This document shows, in pieces, positions 40,364 through 53,150 of a stretch of 64,000 nucleotides of DNA; the stretch's first letter is position 1; each line of letters begins with the position of its first letter. The position numbers were made by a program, and so were the translations under genes. The DNA is from an uncultured delta proteobacterium. GTDB taxonomy: Bacteria; Desulfobacterota; Desulfomonilia; Desulfomonilales; Desulfomonilaceae. The notes beneath the pieces were generated by a model. That model saw only the letters and a list, made by a program, of their open reading frames with translations. It did not search any database and was not told the DNA's origin. Where the stretch lies: contig CAWBKB010000003.1 of NCBI GenBank assembly GCA_963789265.1, forward strand, positions 768,001-832,000, read 5' to 3'.

Positions 40364-43300
40364 ATGAGTCCTTTTTCCGTGCACTCTCAGAGGCTCAGGA
40401 AGAATTTTGCACGTATACCGCAAATTGCGGGGATCCCGAACCTGATCGAGATTCAGAAACAATCGTACGACCGGTTCTTGCAAGCCGACGTCCCGCCCGA
40501 AGCGCGCGAAGACATGGGATTGCAAGGGGTTTTTCGGTCGGTTTTCCCCATCAGGGATTTCTCCGATACCGCCTCCCTGGAATTCATCAAATATTCTCTG
40601 GGAGAAGAGAAGTATAACGTCGAAGAGTGTCTCCAAAAAGGGGTCACCTATGCCGTTCCATTGAAGATTACAGTCCAGCTCATTGTCTGGGATGTTGACC
40701 CCGAAACTAATTCACGCACGATACGGGATGTCAAAGAGCAGGAAGTATACTTCGGCGAAATCCCCGTCATGACAGAGAATGGGACTTTCGTCATAAATGG
40801 TACCGAGCGAGTGATTGTTTCTCAACTTCACCGATCCCCCGGTATATTCTTCGATCATGACAAAGGCAAGACTCATGCGAGCGGCAAGCTTCTCTATTCC
40901 GCACGTATTATTCCGCTGCGCGGCTCTTGGATCGATTTTGAGTTCGATCCCAAGGATCGCCTCTACGTACGCATCGACCGGAGGAGAAAGCTTCCTGTTA
41001 CAGTGTTTCTGAAGGCGCTGGGGCACTCCAGCGAGGAGATACTCAATTACTTCTACGACAGGCAGACCATTATTATTTCCCCCGATGGTTTGCGTCGAAA
41101 GCTCGACCTAAAACTCTTGGTAGGAACCGCGGCCCCGGCCGACATCTTCGTAGAAGGCACGGACGACATTCTCGTCCGGAAGAATAAGAAGATCACCCGG
41201 GCTGCTCTCAAGCGTCTGGGCGACAGAAACATTGCCCCGCTGGTGATGAAGAAGGAGGAGCTAGCCGGTAAAGTAGTGGCCCGAGATATCGTGGATGAGG
41301 CGACCGGCGAAGTTGTGGCACCGTGCAACAAAGAAATCGCGCTGGACGAGGTTGACCAGTTCATCGAAGACCTCTCCAATCGTAACATCAAAGCATTCGA
41401 TGCCCTTTTTATCGAAGAGAGAATTGTTTCGTCCTCATTGCGGGACACCCTGCTGGAAGACAAAATTGACGATCGACCAAACCGGGTTATCGAAGATTAC
41501 CGCAAGCAGCATCCGGACGAGCCTACCAGCAATGAGACCCTCAACGCGGAGATAGAGATCTACCGCAGGCTCAGACCCTCCAATCCTGCGACGGTTGATA
41601 TTAGCAATACATTTTTCAACAACTTGTTTTTCAGAAACCGAATATTACGACCTGTCCAGAGTGGGGCGGCTAAAGATCAACCGAAAACTCGGTATTTCAA
41701 TGGAAGAAGCGCCCTTGTTGCTTAGGACGTTGCGCCGCGAGGACATCATGCTCGCGGTCAAATATCTCCTTGAACTCAAAGAAGGTAGACCCGGCCGCGA
41801 CATAGACGACATCGACCACATGGGGAACCGACGCGTTCGATCTGTCGGTGAGTTGCTCGAAAATCAGTACAGAATCGGCCTGGTACGCATGGAGCGAGCC
41901 ATAAAAGAGAGGATGAGCCTCCAAGACGTGGAAACACTCATGCCTCACGATCTGATCAATGCGAAGCCGGTCACGGCCGTGGTGAAGGAATTCTTCGGCT
42001 CGTCTCAACTTTCCCAGTTCATGGATCAGACCAATCCGCTCAGCGAGATCACGCACAAGAGGCGGCTTTCAGCTCTTGGACCGGGCGGCCTGACCCGTGA
42101 AAGGGCCGGATTCGAGGTCCGAGACGTTCATCCCACTCACTACGGCCGGATTTGCCCCATTGAGACACCCGAGGGCCCGAATATCGGCCTCATAGTATCG
42201 CTTTCAACGTACGCCCGGGTCAACGACTTCGGATTCATCGAAACCCCCTACCGCCCGGTCGCCGACCGAAAGGTCGGCAAGGAAATCAGATTTCTGACGG
42301 CGCTCGACGAAGAAGATCACGTCATCGTCCAAGCCAACGCCCAATTGGATAAGGACGGATTTCTTTCATCCGATCTGGTTTCTGTCCGACACAAGGAAGG
42401 CGAGTTCGCGATGGTGAGCGGTTCCGAAGCGGATCTTATGGACGTTTCACCTAACCAGCTCGTTTCGGTGGCCGCATCGCTTATCCCGTTTCTTGAAAAT
42501 GACGATGCCAACCGTGCCCTCATGGGATCCAACATGCAGCGTCAAGCGGTTCCACTCCTTACCACCGAAGCCCCATTAGTGGGCACCGGTATGGAAGAGG
42601 TGGTAGCGACTGATTCCGGTGTAACCGTGGTAGCCAAGCGTGATGGAATTGTGGATTCAGTTGATGCTACGCGCCTGGTGATAAAGGCCACTGACTTCAC
42701 TGAAGGTGATCTGGATCCCGGAGTTGACATTTACAATCTGATCAAATACCAGCGGTCCAACCAGAACACTTGCATCAACCAGCGCCCCATCGTCAAGAAA
42801 GGGGATCGCGTCCCTAAAGGCCAGGTGATAGCGGACGGGCCGGCTACCGAAAAAGGCGAACTTGCTTTAGGCCGGAATGTCCTTGTCGCATTCATGGCCT
42901 GGGGTGGCTACAACTACGAGGACTCCATTCTCGTGAGCGAGAAAGTAGTGCGGGAGGACATTTTTACGTCCATTCACATTGAAGAGTTCGAGGTGATGGC
43001 CCGCGACACTAAACTAGGCAAGGAAGAGATTACAAGGGATATTCCCAATGTCGGAGAGGAGGCCCTGCGCAACCTTGACGAGTCCGGCGTGATTCGGATC
43101 GGGGCTGAAGTAAAACCTGGTGATATCCTGGTTGGTAAGATCACTCCTAAAGGGGAGAATCAACTATCCCCGGAAGAGAAACTCCTTCGTGCGATTTTCG
43201 GTGAGAAAGCCGGAGACGTGAGAGATTCCTCTCTCAGGGTCCCCCCTGGAGTGGAAGGGACGATCATCGGAGCTAGGATCTTCTCCAGGAAAGGAACTGA

Positions 43301-44604
43301 TAAGGACAGCAGGACGATCTCTATTGAGAATGAGGAAATCGCGAAATTATCCAAAGACCGGGACGATGAAATGCGAATCGTAGAGGAGGGGGCTAGAGAG
43401 CGAATTCGCAGCATGCTGCGCGGCAAAGTCGCATCGTCCGCTCTGACCGACCCCTCCAAGAGCCGCACTTACCTTAAGAAAGGCGAGGCCGTTGGTGACG
43501 CGGTCATGGACATTGTCCCGCTGGAACTGCTTCGCGAGCTCTCCTTGAAAGGGGACACGACCACAGAGGACGAAGTGGTACGCATACTTGAGCGTTTGAG
43601 CGACCAGAAGCATTTTTGGAAGATGCACTACGACGAGAGGATCAGCCGTCTAAAGAAAGGAGACGAGCTGCCGCCTGGAGTCATTAAACTGGTTAAAGTC
43701 TACATTGCCATAAAGCGCAAGCTCTCAGTTGGCGACAAAATGGCCGGTCGTCACGGCAACAAAGGCGTTCTTTCCCGTGTCTTACCTGAAGAGGACATGC
43801 CTTACTTCGAGGACGGCACCCCTGTCGAGATAGTTCTCAACCCGCTTGGCGTGCCTTCCCGAATGAACGTTGGTCAGATCCTGGAAACTCATCTCGGTTG
43901 GGCGGCTCGCGGATTGGGCGAGGCCATCAACAAGATGATGGAGGAGAAACTTCTCAGTGGACAAGCTTCGGAACAAGCTCATCGAGATTTTCAATCCGGA
44001 AGAACCCGAAAGGAGAGCCAAGATCAGGGCAATCATCAAGGAAATGGACGACGATCAGGTGAAACGGTTTGTTGCTTCGTTATCAGATGGAGTTCCCATA
44101 TCCACTCCTGTCTTTGACGGCGCCCGGGAAACGGAAATCAAGGCCATGTTGGAAAGCGCCGATCTTCCCTCGAAGGGCCAAACCCAACTCTACGATGGCC
44201 GAACCGGAGACCCGTTCGACACGCAAGTCACTGTCGGAGTGATCTATATGATGAAACTCCATCACCTGGTGGACGACAAGATTCATGCCCGGGCCATTGG
44301 GCCTTACTCACTGGTGACTCAGCAACCGCTGGGCGGCAAAGCCCAATTCGGGGGCCAGAGGCTTGGCGAAATGGAAGTATGGGCCATGGAGTCTTATGGA
44401 GCAGCGTACTCACTACAGGAGTTTCTTACTGTGAAATCAGACGATGTCACGGGTCGTACTCGGATGTACAAAAGCATCGTAAAAGGAACCAACACGCTCG
44501 AACCCGGCCTACCGGAATCTTTCAACGTCCTGGTCAAGGAGATCAAATCTCTGGGTCTTGACATGGAACTGTTGGAGAGCGAACCGGCAGTCGGTCGATC
44601 ATAA
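40364..44604 (+). CDS. rpoB: RNA polymerase beta subunit (two +1 frameshifts, ~41633 and ~43950)
   Basis: Three consecutive ORFs carry contiguous RpoB motifs ([45 protein letters not shown]). Confidence 0.96.
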
Positions 44605-44693
44605 CGCAGTCCCGAGTCTCTCTTCGAGAGAGATCGGGATGATCCCTCAAAGCACGGGGTCCACCCGGCTTATCCTGTTCAGGAGGGGAAACC

Positions 44694-47600
44694 TTGGAAG
44701 AAATCTATTATAGCTTTTTTGAGAAACCTAAGGATCCATTAAACTTCAACGCCGTAAGAATCTCCTTGGCATCGCCGGAGAAGATCCGGTCCTGGTCGCA
44801 CGGAGAGGTAAAGAAACCTGAAACAATTAATTATCGAACGTTCAAACCTGAAAGGGACGGACTGTTCTGTGCGAAGATATTCGGCCCGGTGAAAGATTAC
44901 GAGTGCAACTGCGGGAAATACAAACGCATGAAGCACCGAGGGACCATCTGTGAAAAGTGTGGGGTGGAAGTAATTCAGTCAAAAGTCCGTCGGGAACGCA
45001 TGGGCCATATGAAACTGGCCACTCCCGTTGCCCATATCTGGTTTCTGAAGAGCCTACCCAGCCGGATAGGCACTCTACTGGATCTCACCCTAAAGGAAGT
45101 GGAAAGGGTCCTATATTTTGAATCCTTTCTGGTCATATCCCCTGGGAAGACCAATTTGGAACCCGGAACGCTTATCAACGAGGAAAAGTACCGGCAGACG
45201 ATGGAAGAGTACGGACCCGGGTCTTTCGAGGCGCGCATGGGTGGCGAAGCTGTTCGTGACATGCTCGAAAAACTGGACCTCGTCACGGAAAGCATCAAGC
45301 TCAGAGAGGATATGAAGGATTCCACTTCCGAGGCTAAACGCAAAAAGCTGGCAAAGCGACTCAGGGTTTTGGAATCGCTGAAGGGAATTGATCCGGAATC
45401 TCTGGTGAATGATCTCACGGCCCTCTATCAAGAAGTGGATCCTGATGATGAAATGGGTCGCTTCCTGGATGAAGTGATCCAGAATGCCCGCACAATTCAG
45501 GTGAAATGGGAAGAGACCGACGTATGGGAAGCACGCAAGGTGCTTGCGTACGTAGAAATCAACAACATAGTCGATCGCCTGATCAGGTCTCGTGTAATTC
45601 GACCGGCGGACCTGGGCAAATTCCGGCAGTGGCAGAACCCGGCGTGGATGATTCTGACTACCGTGCCGGTTATTCCGCCCGACTTACGGCCGTTGGTTCC
45701 GCTTGACGGCGGTCGGTTTGCTACATCGGACCTTAATGACTTGTACCGGCGAGTGATAAACAGGAATAACAGGCTAAAGCGGCTTAAGGAACTCAATGCA
45801 CCTGAGATCATTCTTCGCAATGAAAAGAGAATGCTTCAGGAAGCGGTGGACGTCCTTTTTGACAACGGAAGGCGGGGGCGTGTCATCACCGGTCCTAACA
45901 AGCGTCCTCTCAAATCACTTTCCGATATGCTGAAAGGCAAGCAAGGACGGTTCCGCCAGAACCTGCTCGGAAAAAGGGTAGATTATTCCGGTCGTTCGGT
46001 GATCGTCGTTGGACCTGATCTACGCCTCCATCAATGCGGTTTGCCTAAAAGAATGGCTCTTGAGCTATTCAAGCCCTTCATCTACAGCAAATTGGAAGAG
46101 CGAGGCTACGTAACTACCATCAAGAGTGCCAAGAAACTCGTGGAAAAGGAAACCCCCGAAGTCTGGGATATCTTGGAAGACGTGGTGAAAGAATACCCGG
46201 TGCTTCTCAACCGGGCTCCTACTCTTCACAGACTGGGAATTCAAGCCTTCGAGCCGGTGCTCATAGAAGGGAAAGCCATTCAACTTCATCCTCTTGTCTG
46301 CACCGCTTTCAACGCAGACTTCGATGGAGACCAAATGGCTGTGCATATCCCTCTCTCCATCGAGGCACAGGTGGAAGCTCGAGTGCTCATGATGAGTACC
46401 AACAATATTTTATCACCGGCCCACGGCAAGCCGATTATCGTTCCCACCCAGGATATAGTGCTGGGCCTCTATTATCTGACGAGAGAGTCTGTTGATCCGG
46501 AACTTGAAGGGAAGATCCGCGTATTCGCCGACACTTCGGAAGTGCGTGTCGCATACGATGCAGGAGTGGTCGACCTTCACGAAAGAATTATTCTTCGCGA
46601 TAACGAAGAGAAGATCCCGACCACAGTAGGTCGAATCCTTCTTCGTGAGATTGTTCCGGCGGAAATTCCGTTTGGCGTCATCAACAGGGTGATGAAAAAG
46701 AAGGAACTGGCCAATCTTATCGACGAAGCTTATCGCAGGTGCGGCGACAAGAAAACAGTCATTCTCGCCGACCAGCTCAAAGATCTCGGGTACGCATATG
46801 CCACAAAGGCCGGGCTATCCATCTGCGTGGATGACATGGTAGTACCCGAGTCCAAAAAGGAGATACTCAATAAGGCTCGAGAAGAGGTCTTAGAAATTCA
46901 AAATCAATATAAGGAAGGCCTCATCACGGACGGCGAACGTTACAACAAAGTGATCGACATCTGGGCAAGGGCCAACGAGGACATTTCCGAAAGGATGATG
47001 AGCGGCCTGAGGACCATGACCATAAAGTTGCAAGACGGCGCGGAGAAGAAAGTCGAAAGCTTCAACCCAATCTATATGATGGCTGACTCCGGCGCGCGAG
47101 GCAGCACTCAGCAGATCCGTCAGTTGGCGGGCATGCGCGGTCTCATGGCCAAACCCACCGGAGAAATAATTGAAACACCCATTGAGGCTAATTTCCGTGA
47201 GGGCCTCACGGTGCTGCAGTACTTTATCTCCACTCACGGAGCTCGAAAAGGTCTCGCGGATACCGCTCTGAAGACAGCGAACTCCGGTTACCTTACCCGA
47301 CGATTGGTGGATGTCGCTCAGGACGCCATTATCTCGGAGGTTGACTGTGGCACTTTGGACGGCATAGAAATGGCGTCCCTCGAAGAGGGAGGCGAGATTA
47401 TCGAGCATGTTGCAGATCGAATCCTGGGCCGAGTGGTTCTCGAAGATATCGAACATCCGTTCACGGGCGAGATTATCGTTCGGGCCAATGAAGAGATCAC
47501 CGAAGATCACAGAGAAAAAATACAGGACGCGGGTATAGACCGCGTCAAGATCCGATCGGTGCTCACATGCCAGTCTCGTCGGGGAGTCTGCGGCCTTTGC

Positions 47601-49629
47601 TACGGTCGCGACCTCGCTCACGGCCGGATGGTCAACATAGGCGAAGCTGTAGGCATCATTGCAGCTCAATCTATTGGAGAACCTGGAACTCAGCTCACCA
47701 TGCGGACATTCCATATCGGCGGGACAGCGTCTCTCAAACGCAACATTATCTCTGCACGCAAGCGTGGCAAAGTCTCCTTTGAGAAAGAGAAGGACAAGGT
47801 CAAGGCCATCATAGTCTCAGAGGAATTTTCCATCGACGAGTCCGAAGTGGATAAATGGCTGACTGAAAACGGCCAAACTCTGCGTGAAAACTCGTTCCTC
47901 TACGAAGGGCCGAACCACAAAGTGCACGAATCCGAACGGCTGGGGGGTAAGATCGAGATCTCTCTGGACAGGAAATCTTTTACTGTCCAGGACGAAGAAG
48001 GGATCAAGCACCAGTTCGTAATCCCCGGGGACGGCCGGTTCGTCGTCAGGCATGGGGAGAGGCTGTCGCCCTACACTTTCATCTATGAAACGGCTCAAGG
48101 TACGCCCCGCATGACCGAAGCAGAAAAACGCGGCGGCATCTTCCAACTGAGAGGCGCTAAAGGTAAAACTGCGCGCATCCGACTGTACGAGCGATATCCC
48201 GTAATGGACTACATGAATGTGAAAGTTCAGGACGGTGATCGAATCGAGTCCGAAGGACAGGTCCTGTTGGAATGGTTGGGATCGGGCTCTTCGGAGCTCT
48301 TCTCACGCAATGAAGGACGCGTCCGGTTCATTGATCTTAAGACCGTCACCAATAGGGACGGCGAACTGGTGGTGATGAACCGAAACGGCTCCATTGCCGT
48401 CACCGATGAGAAAGGACGGGAAAGAGAGCGTAACAAGGTTATTTATGGAGCCCGTCTGAGAGTGTCGGACAAGGAAACCGTGAACCGGGAGACACTGCTT
48501 GCGGAATGGGATCCCTACACCATCCCTATTATCACGGATGTCTCGGGCAAGGTGAAGTTTGGGGACGTGATCGAAGGCCTCACCATGAATGAACAGGTGG
48601 ACGAAGTCACTGGTCTGTCCCGAAAGGTTATCGTCGAATACAAGGACAAAGATACTGAGATCAGACCCAGGGTGTCGATTAAAGACGAGCACGGTAAAAC
48701 CATCAAAGTAGGTGACTCCGAAGCCCGGTATCTCCTCCCTGTGGGCGCGAACATCATGATCAAAGAGGGCGAAGACGTTCACGCGGGCGATGTCATTGCC
48801 AAGATCCCTCGAGAGACTACCAAGACCAAAGATATTACCGGAGGTCTCCCACGTGTTGCCGAACTGTTCGAGGCGCGCAAACCTAAAGAGTTTGCCATCA
48901 TCTCGGAAATTGACGGGCTGGTGAGCTTCGGCAAGGACACAAAAGGCAAACGTAAGGTGATCGTGACCCCTGAAGTGGGCGAGCCCAAGGAATATCTTAT
49001 TCCCAAAGGCAAGCATATTTCAGTGCACTCGGGTGATTGGGTGCAGGCCGGGGAAGCTCTCATGGAGGGCTCCACCAATCCCCACGATCTGCTCGGAATC
49101 AAGGGCGAGAAAGATCTGGCAAAGTACCTCGTGGACGAAGTGCAGGAGGTCTATCGGCTCCAGGGAGTCAAGATCAATGATAAACACATTGAAGTAATTG
49201 TCAGACAGATGCTGCGACGGGTTCGTGTAAAGGAGGTTGGGGACACGGACTTCCTTGTGGGCGAACAGATCGAGCGATCCGTCTTCCAAGAAGAGAATAA
49301 CCGCGTAATGGACGCCGGTGGTACTCCCGCGGTTGGTGAACCCCTGCTCCTCGGGATCACCAAAGCGTCCCTCTCGACAGATTCCTTTATCAGCGCGGCG
49401 AGTTTTCAGGAGACGACCAAGGTCCTCACTGAAGCGTCTATTTGCGGAAAAATAGACCATTTGCGGGGCTTGAAAGAGAAACGTGATAATGGGAAGACTC
49501 ATCCCCGCGGGTACCGGCTTGGCCAGGTACAAGAATCTCAGGCTGGACCACGAGGGAACGCCGGAGGCAGTCCGCCCCGGCCGTCAGGAACGACGGCAAG
49601 CGGGGGAGAGTATTCAAGATATTGCTTGA
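44694..49629 (+). CDS. rpoC: RNA polymerase beta-prime subunit with two large insertions (+1 frameshift at ~49480)
   Basis: NADFDGD, Zn fingers, TMRTFHIGG; conserved [15 protein letters not shown] resumes in +1 frame and stops at 49629. Confidence 0.96.
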
Positions 49630-49789
49630 ATAGGGGAAGGTGATTCGATTTAAGACGAGCCTTCGCGATTGACCGCCCCTGCTGTGAGGACCGCATGCCG
49701 GGGCCTTGCGGACTTGAAGAGATGATCCATTCTTCGGTTGAGTAAGGCAGGGGCCTGAATTCTTTAGAAAAGGATTTATTGCCGTCAGG

Positions 49790-49822
49790 GGCCGGAAATC
49801 TTCTTTTCGGCCTTTCCTTTTG
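49790..49822 (+). terminator. Probable intrinsic terminator after rpoC
   Basis: Stem ggccggaaa/ttttcggcc followed by tttcctttt. Confidence 0.55.
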
Positions 49823-49834
49823 ATGAAAAAGGGG

Positions 49835-49864
49835 TTGACAATCGCGTGACAATCTGAGCATATT
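49835..49864 (+). promoter_or_regulatory. Probable sigma70 promoter for rpsL
   Basis: TTGACA at 49835; CATATT 18 bp downstream. Confidence 0.5.
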
Positions 49865-49894
49865 ACCGGGATACATATTTGGAGGTTAAGGCGA

Positions 49895-50266
49895 ATGCCG
49901 ACGATTAACCAGCTGGTCAGAAAAGGACGAACGCGGCCCAGGAAAAAAACCTCGGCCCCTGCACTGACCAACTGCCCCCAACGCCGGGGAGTCTGTGTGA
50001 GGGTCTATACTACGACGCCCAAGAAGCCGAACTCCGCGTTGAGGAAGGTCGCCAGAGTCCGTCTCACCAATGGGTACGAAGTCACCTCCTATATCCCCGG
50101 TATCGGTCACAATCTGCAGGAGCACTCGGTTGTCCTCATCCGAGGCGGGCGCGTCAAGGACTTGCCCGGTGTACGTTACCATATTATCAGGGGTGCTCAG
50201 GACGCGTTCGGTGTACAAGACCGAAAACAGGGGAGATCAAAATACGGAACAAAAAGGCCCAAATAA
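49895..50266 (+). CDS. rpsL: 30S ribosomal protein S12
   Basis: [30 protein letters not shown]. Confidence 0.98.
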   Translation: MPTINQLVRKGRTRPRKKTSAPALTNCPQRRGVCVRVYTTTPKKPNSALRKVARVRLTNGYEVTSYIPGIGHNLQEHSVVLIRGGRVKDLPGVRYHIIRGAQDAFGVQDRKQGRSKYGTKRPK

Positions 50267-50556
50267 TTCTGCCTGATTCGGCGGTTCGGGGCGTCCCGAA
50301 AATATGGAGTGAATGATCCGCAGGAAACGCGCTGACTGGTGAATCGCTAAACGATCAGGAGACTATTCTTCACGGGTCCGGGTAAACCGTCGAATACGAC
50401 GGGGTAGGTTTAGAAGGGGCAATTCAAAGGTTCAACAGCGGAGGAGATTTCGCTGAAGCCTTCTGGACCTTTCCAACCTGGAAGCTGCCCGGTGCAGCAC
50501 GTTCTGAAGACTGCTACAAACTAGACGGCGCAGGCCCCAAACTGGAGCGAAGTGCA

Positions 50557-51027
50557 ATGCCGAGAAAAGGGAAAGTCCCGAAGAGGGACATATTGCCCGA
50601 TCCGAAATACCACAGCAAGCTTGTTGCGAAGTTCATTCATGGCATCATGTGGGACGGCAAGAAGTCTATTGCCGAAGGTATTTTCTACGATTGTTTCGAA
50701 ATCATGGGAAAAAGGACGAACGAAGACCCCCTCAGGTTGTTCGAAAAAGCCGTGGAGAATGTCAAACCCGTGCTGGAGGTCCGTTCCAGGCGGGTGGGCG
50801 GAAGCACATATCAGGTGCCTGTGGAAATTCGTCCGGAGAGAAGGCAAGCCCTGGCAATCCGCTGGCTTATACAATACTCCCGCGGACGTGGTGAACATAG
50901 CATGAAGGAGAAACTCGCTGCAGAGCTTCTCGACGCAGCCTCCAACAAGGGTAGCGCGGTCAAAAAGAAGGAGGACACCCACAAAATGGCCGAAGCCAAC
51001 AAAGCATTCGCCCATTACAGGTGGTAG
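50557..51027 (+). CDS. rpsG: 30S ribosomal protein S7
   Basis: [26 protein letters not shown]. Confidence 0.98.
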   Translation: MPRKGKVPKRDILPDPKYHSKLVAKFIHGIMWDGKKSIAEGIFYDCFEIMGKRTNEDPLRLFEKAVENVKPVLEVRSRRVGGSTYQVPVEIRPERRQALAIRWLIQYSRGRGEHSMKEKLAAELLDAASNKGSAVKKKEDTHKMAEANKAFAHYRW

Positions 51028-51050
51028 TGATCCCGGGAAGACCGAACCCC

Positions 51051-53150
51051 ATGAAAGGAGACTCTCTAACTAGGACCCGAAATATCGGGATTATGGCCCA
51101 TATTGATGCGGGAAAGACGACCACAACGGAGCGTATTTTATATTATACGGGTGTTTCCCATCGAATGGGCGAAGTGCATGACGGCAATGCAGTCATGGAT
51201 TGGATGGAACAGGAGCAGGAACGGGGAATTACAATTACTTCCGCTGCCACCGCGTGCCAGTGGAAAAAACACAGGATCAACATAATCGACACACCCGGGC
51301 ACGTAGACTTCACTATCGAAGTGGAGCGGTCTTTACGGGTGCTGGATGGCGCGGTCGCCCTCTTTTGTGCCGTGGGCGGGGTTGAACCCCAATCGGAAAC
51401 GGTCTGGAAGCAGGCTGAACGGTATCGCATCCCCAGGATCGCTTTTATCAATAAAATGGACCGCTCGGGCGCGGATTATTTGAGAGTCGTCGAAATGATG
51501 AAAACCAGACTAATGACCAACCCCATTTTGCTTCAGATCCCGGTCGGATCCGAACAGACGTTTGGCGGGGTTATCGACCTCATCGCCATGAAGCGCATTC
51601 TCTTCGACGATGAATCTGCGGGCATGAATTTCGAAGTCCTGGATATACCGCCTGAGCACTACGAGAAAGCTGTTGAAGCAAGACAACAGATGCTCGAGAG
51701 CGTCTGCGAACTCGATGACGAACTTCTCGAACGTTATCTGGAAGGGGACACTGACATTCCCTCCGACCTGATTTACCAGACGCTTCGCGAGGGCACGCTG
51801 AATCTGAGGGTCACTCCGGTTCTCATGGGTACTGCATTCAAAAACCAGGGTATACAGCAACTTCTTGATGCTGTGGTCGATTTTCTCCCCTCCCCTCTCG
51901 ATATCCCGCCTGTCCAAGGAAAGGATGCGAAGGGACAAACTGTGACCAGACCGGTTGACGGACCGTTCTCTGCCTTGGCTTTTAAAGTGATGAACGACCC
52001 CTATACAGGGAACCTCACCTTCTTCAGGGTCTATTCCGGCAGTCTCACATCTGGATCGGCTGTGTTCAACGTCAACAACGATAAGAAAGAACGAATCGGT
52101 CGCTTGCTTAAAATGCATGCCAATCAGCGGGAAGAAGTAAAAGAAGCCCGCGCCGGGGACATAATTGCCGCGGTGGGACTCAAATATACGCGAACAGGCG
52201 ACACACTGTCTGACGAAAATCACCCTCTGCTCCTCGAATCAATGGAATTCCCCGAACCGGTGATTTCTGTGGCCCTTGAGCCCAAATCCCCTGACGAAGT
52301 GGAAAAGTTGTCCAGGGCTCTCGGCAGATTGTTGCGGGAAGACCCTTCGCTTAAGGTCAAAGTGGACCGCGAAACAGGCCAGACAATATTGTCCGGAATG
52401 GGTGAGCTTCACCTGGAAATAGTGGTGGACCGGCTCCTCAGAGAGTTTCAGGTCGAAGCTTCGGTTGGAGAACCTCAGGTGGCCTTCCGTGAAACTCTCA
52501 GCCGGCCTGTAAAAATTCATTATCGCCACGTCAAACAGACCGGAGGAAAAGGTCAGTTTGCCGAGGTGGTCCTCGAAGTGAAGCCGGCAGAACGTGGCAG
52601 CGGTCTGGAGTTCATTGATAAAATAACCGGGGGAGCTATTCCCAAAGAATTCATAAAGCCTGTAGAGGCCGGCGTGCGGCGTGCAATGGAGGCCGGCGTG
52701 TTGTCGGGATACCCTGTCGTCGACATTAAGGTGACCCTGGCGGACGGCAAGTATCATGAGGTTGACTCATCAGAAATGGCCTTCAAGATGGCCGGATTTA
52801 TGGCTTTCAAACAGGCCTGCGGCAAAGGTGGGAGTATTCTTCTCGAGCCCATCATGGACGTCGAGGTCGTCGCCCCGGGTGAATTCTTGGGTGACGTACT
52901 GGGCGACCTGACGGCAAGGCGTGGAAAAATCCTCGGCATGGAAAGCCACTTGGGGACCCAAACCGTGGGAGTCAGGGTGCCTCTGGCGAGAATGTTCGGA
53001 TATGCCACTGATTTGAGGAGCTTAACACAGGGCCGCGCTACCTTTACTATGCGATTTTCTCATTATGAACCGGCACCGCAATCTGTTACCGAAAAAGTCG
53101 TTGCCGGATTCAAGCAATCTGGAGGAGCCCATGGGCAAGGCGAAATTTGA
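51051..53150 (+). CDS. fusA: Elongation factor G
   Basis: [43 protein letters not shown]. Confidence 0.97.
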   Translation: MKGDSLTRTRNIGIMAHIDAGKTTTTERILYYTGVSHRMGEVHDGNAVMDWMEQEQERGITITSAATACQWKKHRINIIDTPGHVDFTIEVERSLRVLDGAVALFCAVGGVEPQSETVWKQAERYRIPRIAFINKMDRSGADYLRVVEMMKTRLMTNPILLQIPVGSEQTFGGVIDLIAMKRILFDDESAGMNFEVLDIPPEHYEKAVEARQQMLESVCELDDELLERYLEGDTDIPSDLIYQTLREGTLNLRVTPVLMGTAFKNQGIQQLLDAVVDFLPSPLDIPPVQGKDAKGQTVTRPVDGPFSALAFKVMNDPYTGNLTFFRVYSGSLTSGSAVFNVNNDKKERIGRLLKMHANQREEVKEARAGDIIAAVGLKYTRTGDTLSDENHPLLLESMEFPEPVISVALEPKSPDEVEKLSRALGRLLREDPSLKVKVDRETGQTILSGMGELHLEIVVDRLLREFQVEASVGEPQVAFRETLSRPVKIHYRHVKQTGGKGQFAEVVLEVKPAERGSGLEFIDKITGGAIPKEFIKPVEAGVRRAMEAGVLSGYPVVDIKVTLADGKYHEVDSSEMAFKMAGFMAFKQACGKGGSILLEPIMDVEVVAPGEFLGDVLGDLTARRGKILGMESHLGTQTVGVRVPLARMFGYATDLRSLTQGRATFTMRFSHYEPAPQSVTEKVVAGFKQSGGAHGQGEI

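Noticed and set aside
40364..44604. Split rpoB or programmed frameshifting
   Set aside because: The breaks fall in unrelated contexts with no shared slippery site and match the window-wide +1 error pattern.
45381..48287. Inteins in rpoC
   Set aside because: The inserts lack an N-terminal Cys/Ser with C-terminal His-Asn and show no LAGLIDADG motifs.
49480..49643. Novel RpoC C-terminal tail in the ORF track
   Set aside because: Artefact of an extra A; the conserved [14 protein letters not shown] is in the +1 frame.
53131..53150. fusA/tuf 20-bp overlap
   Set aside because: Short overlap consistent with ordinary translational coupling.
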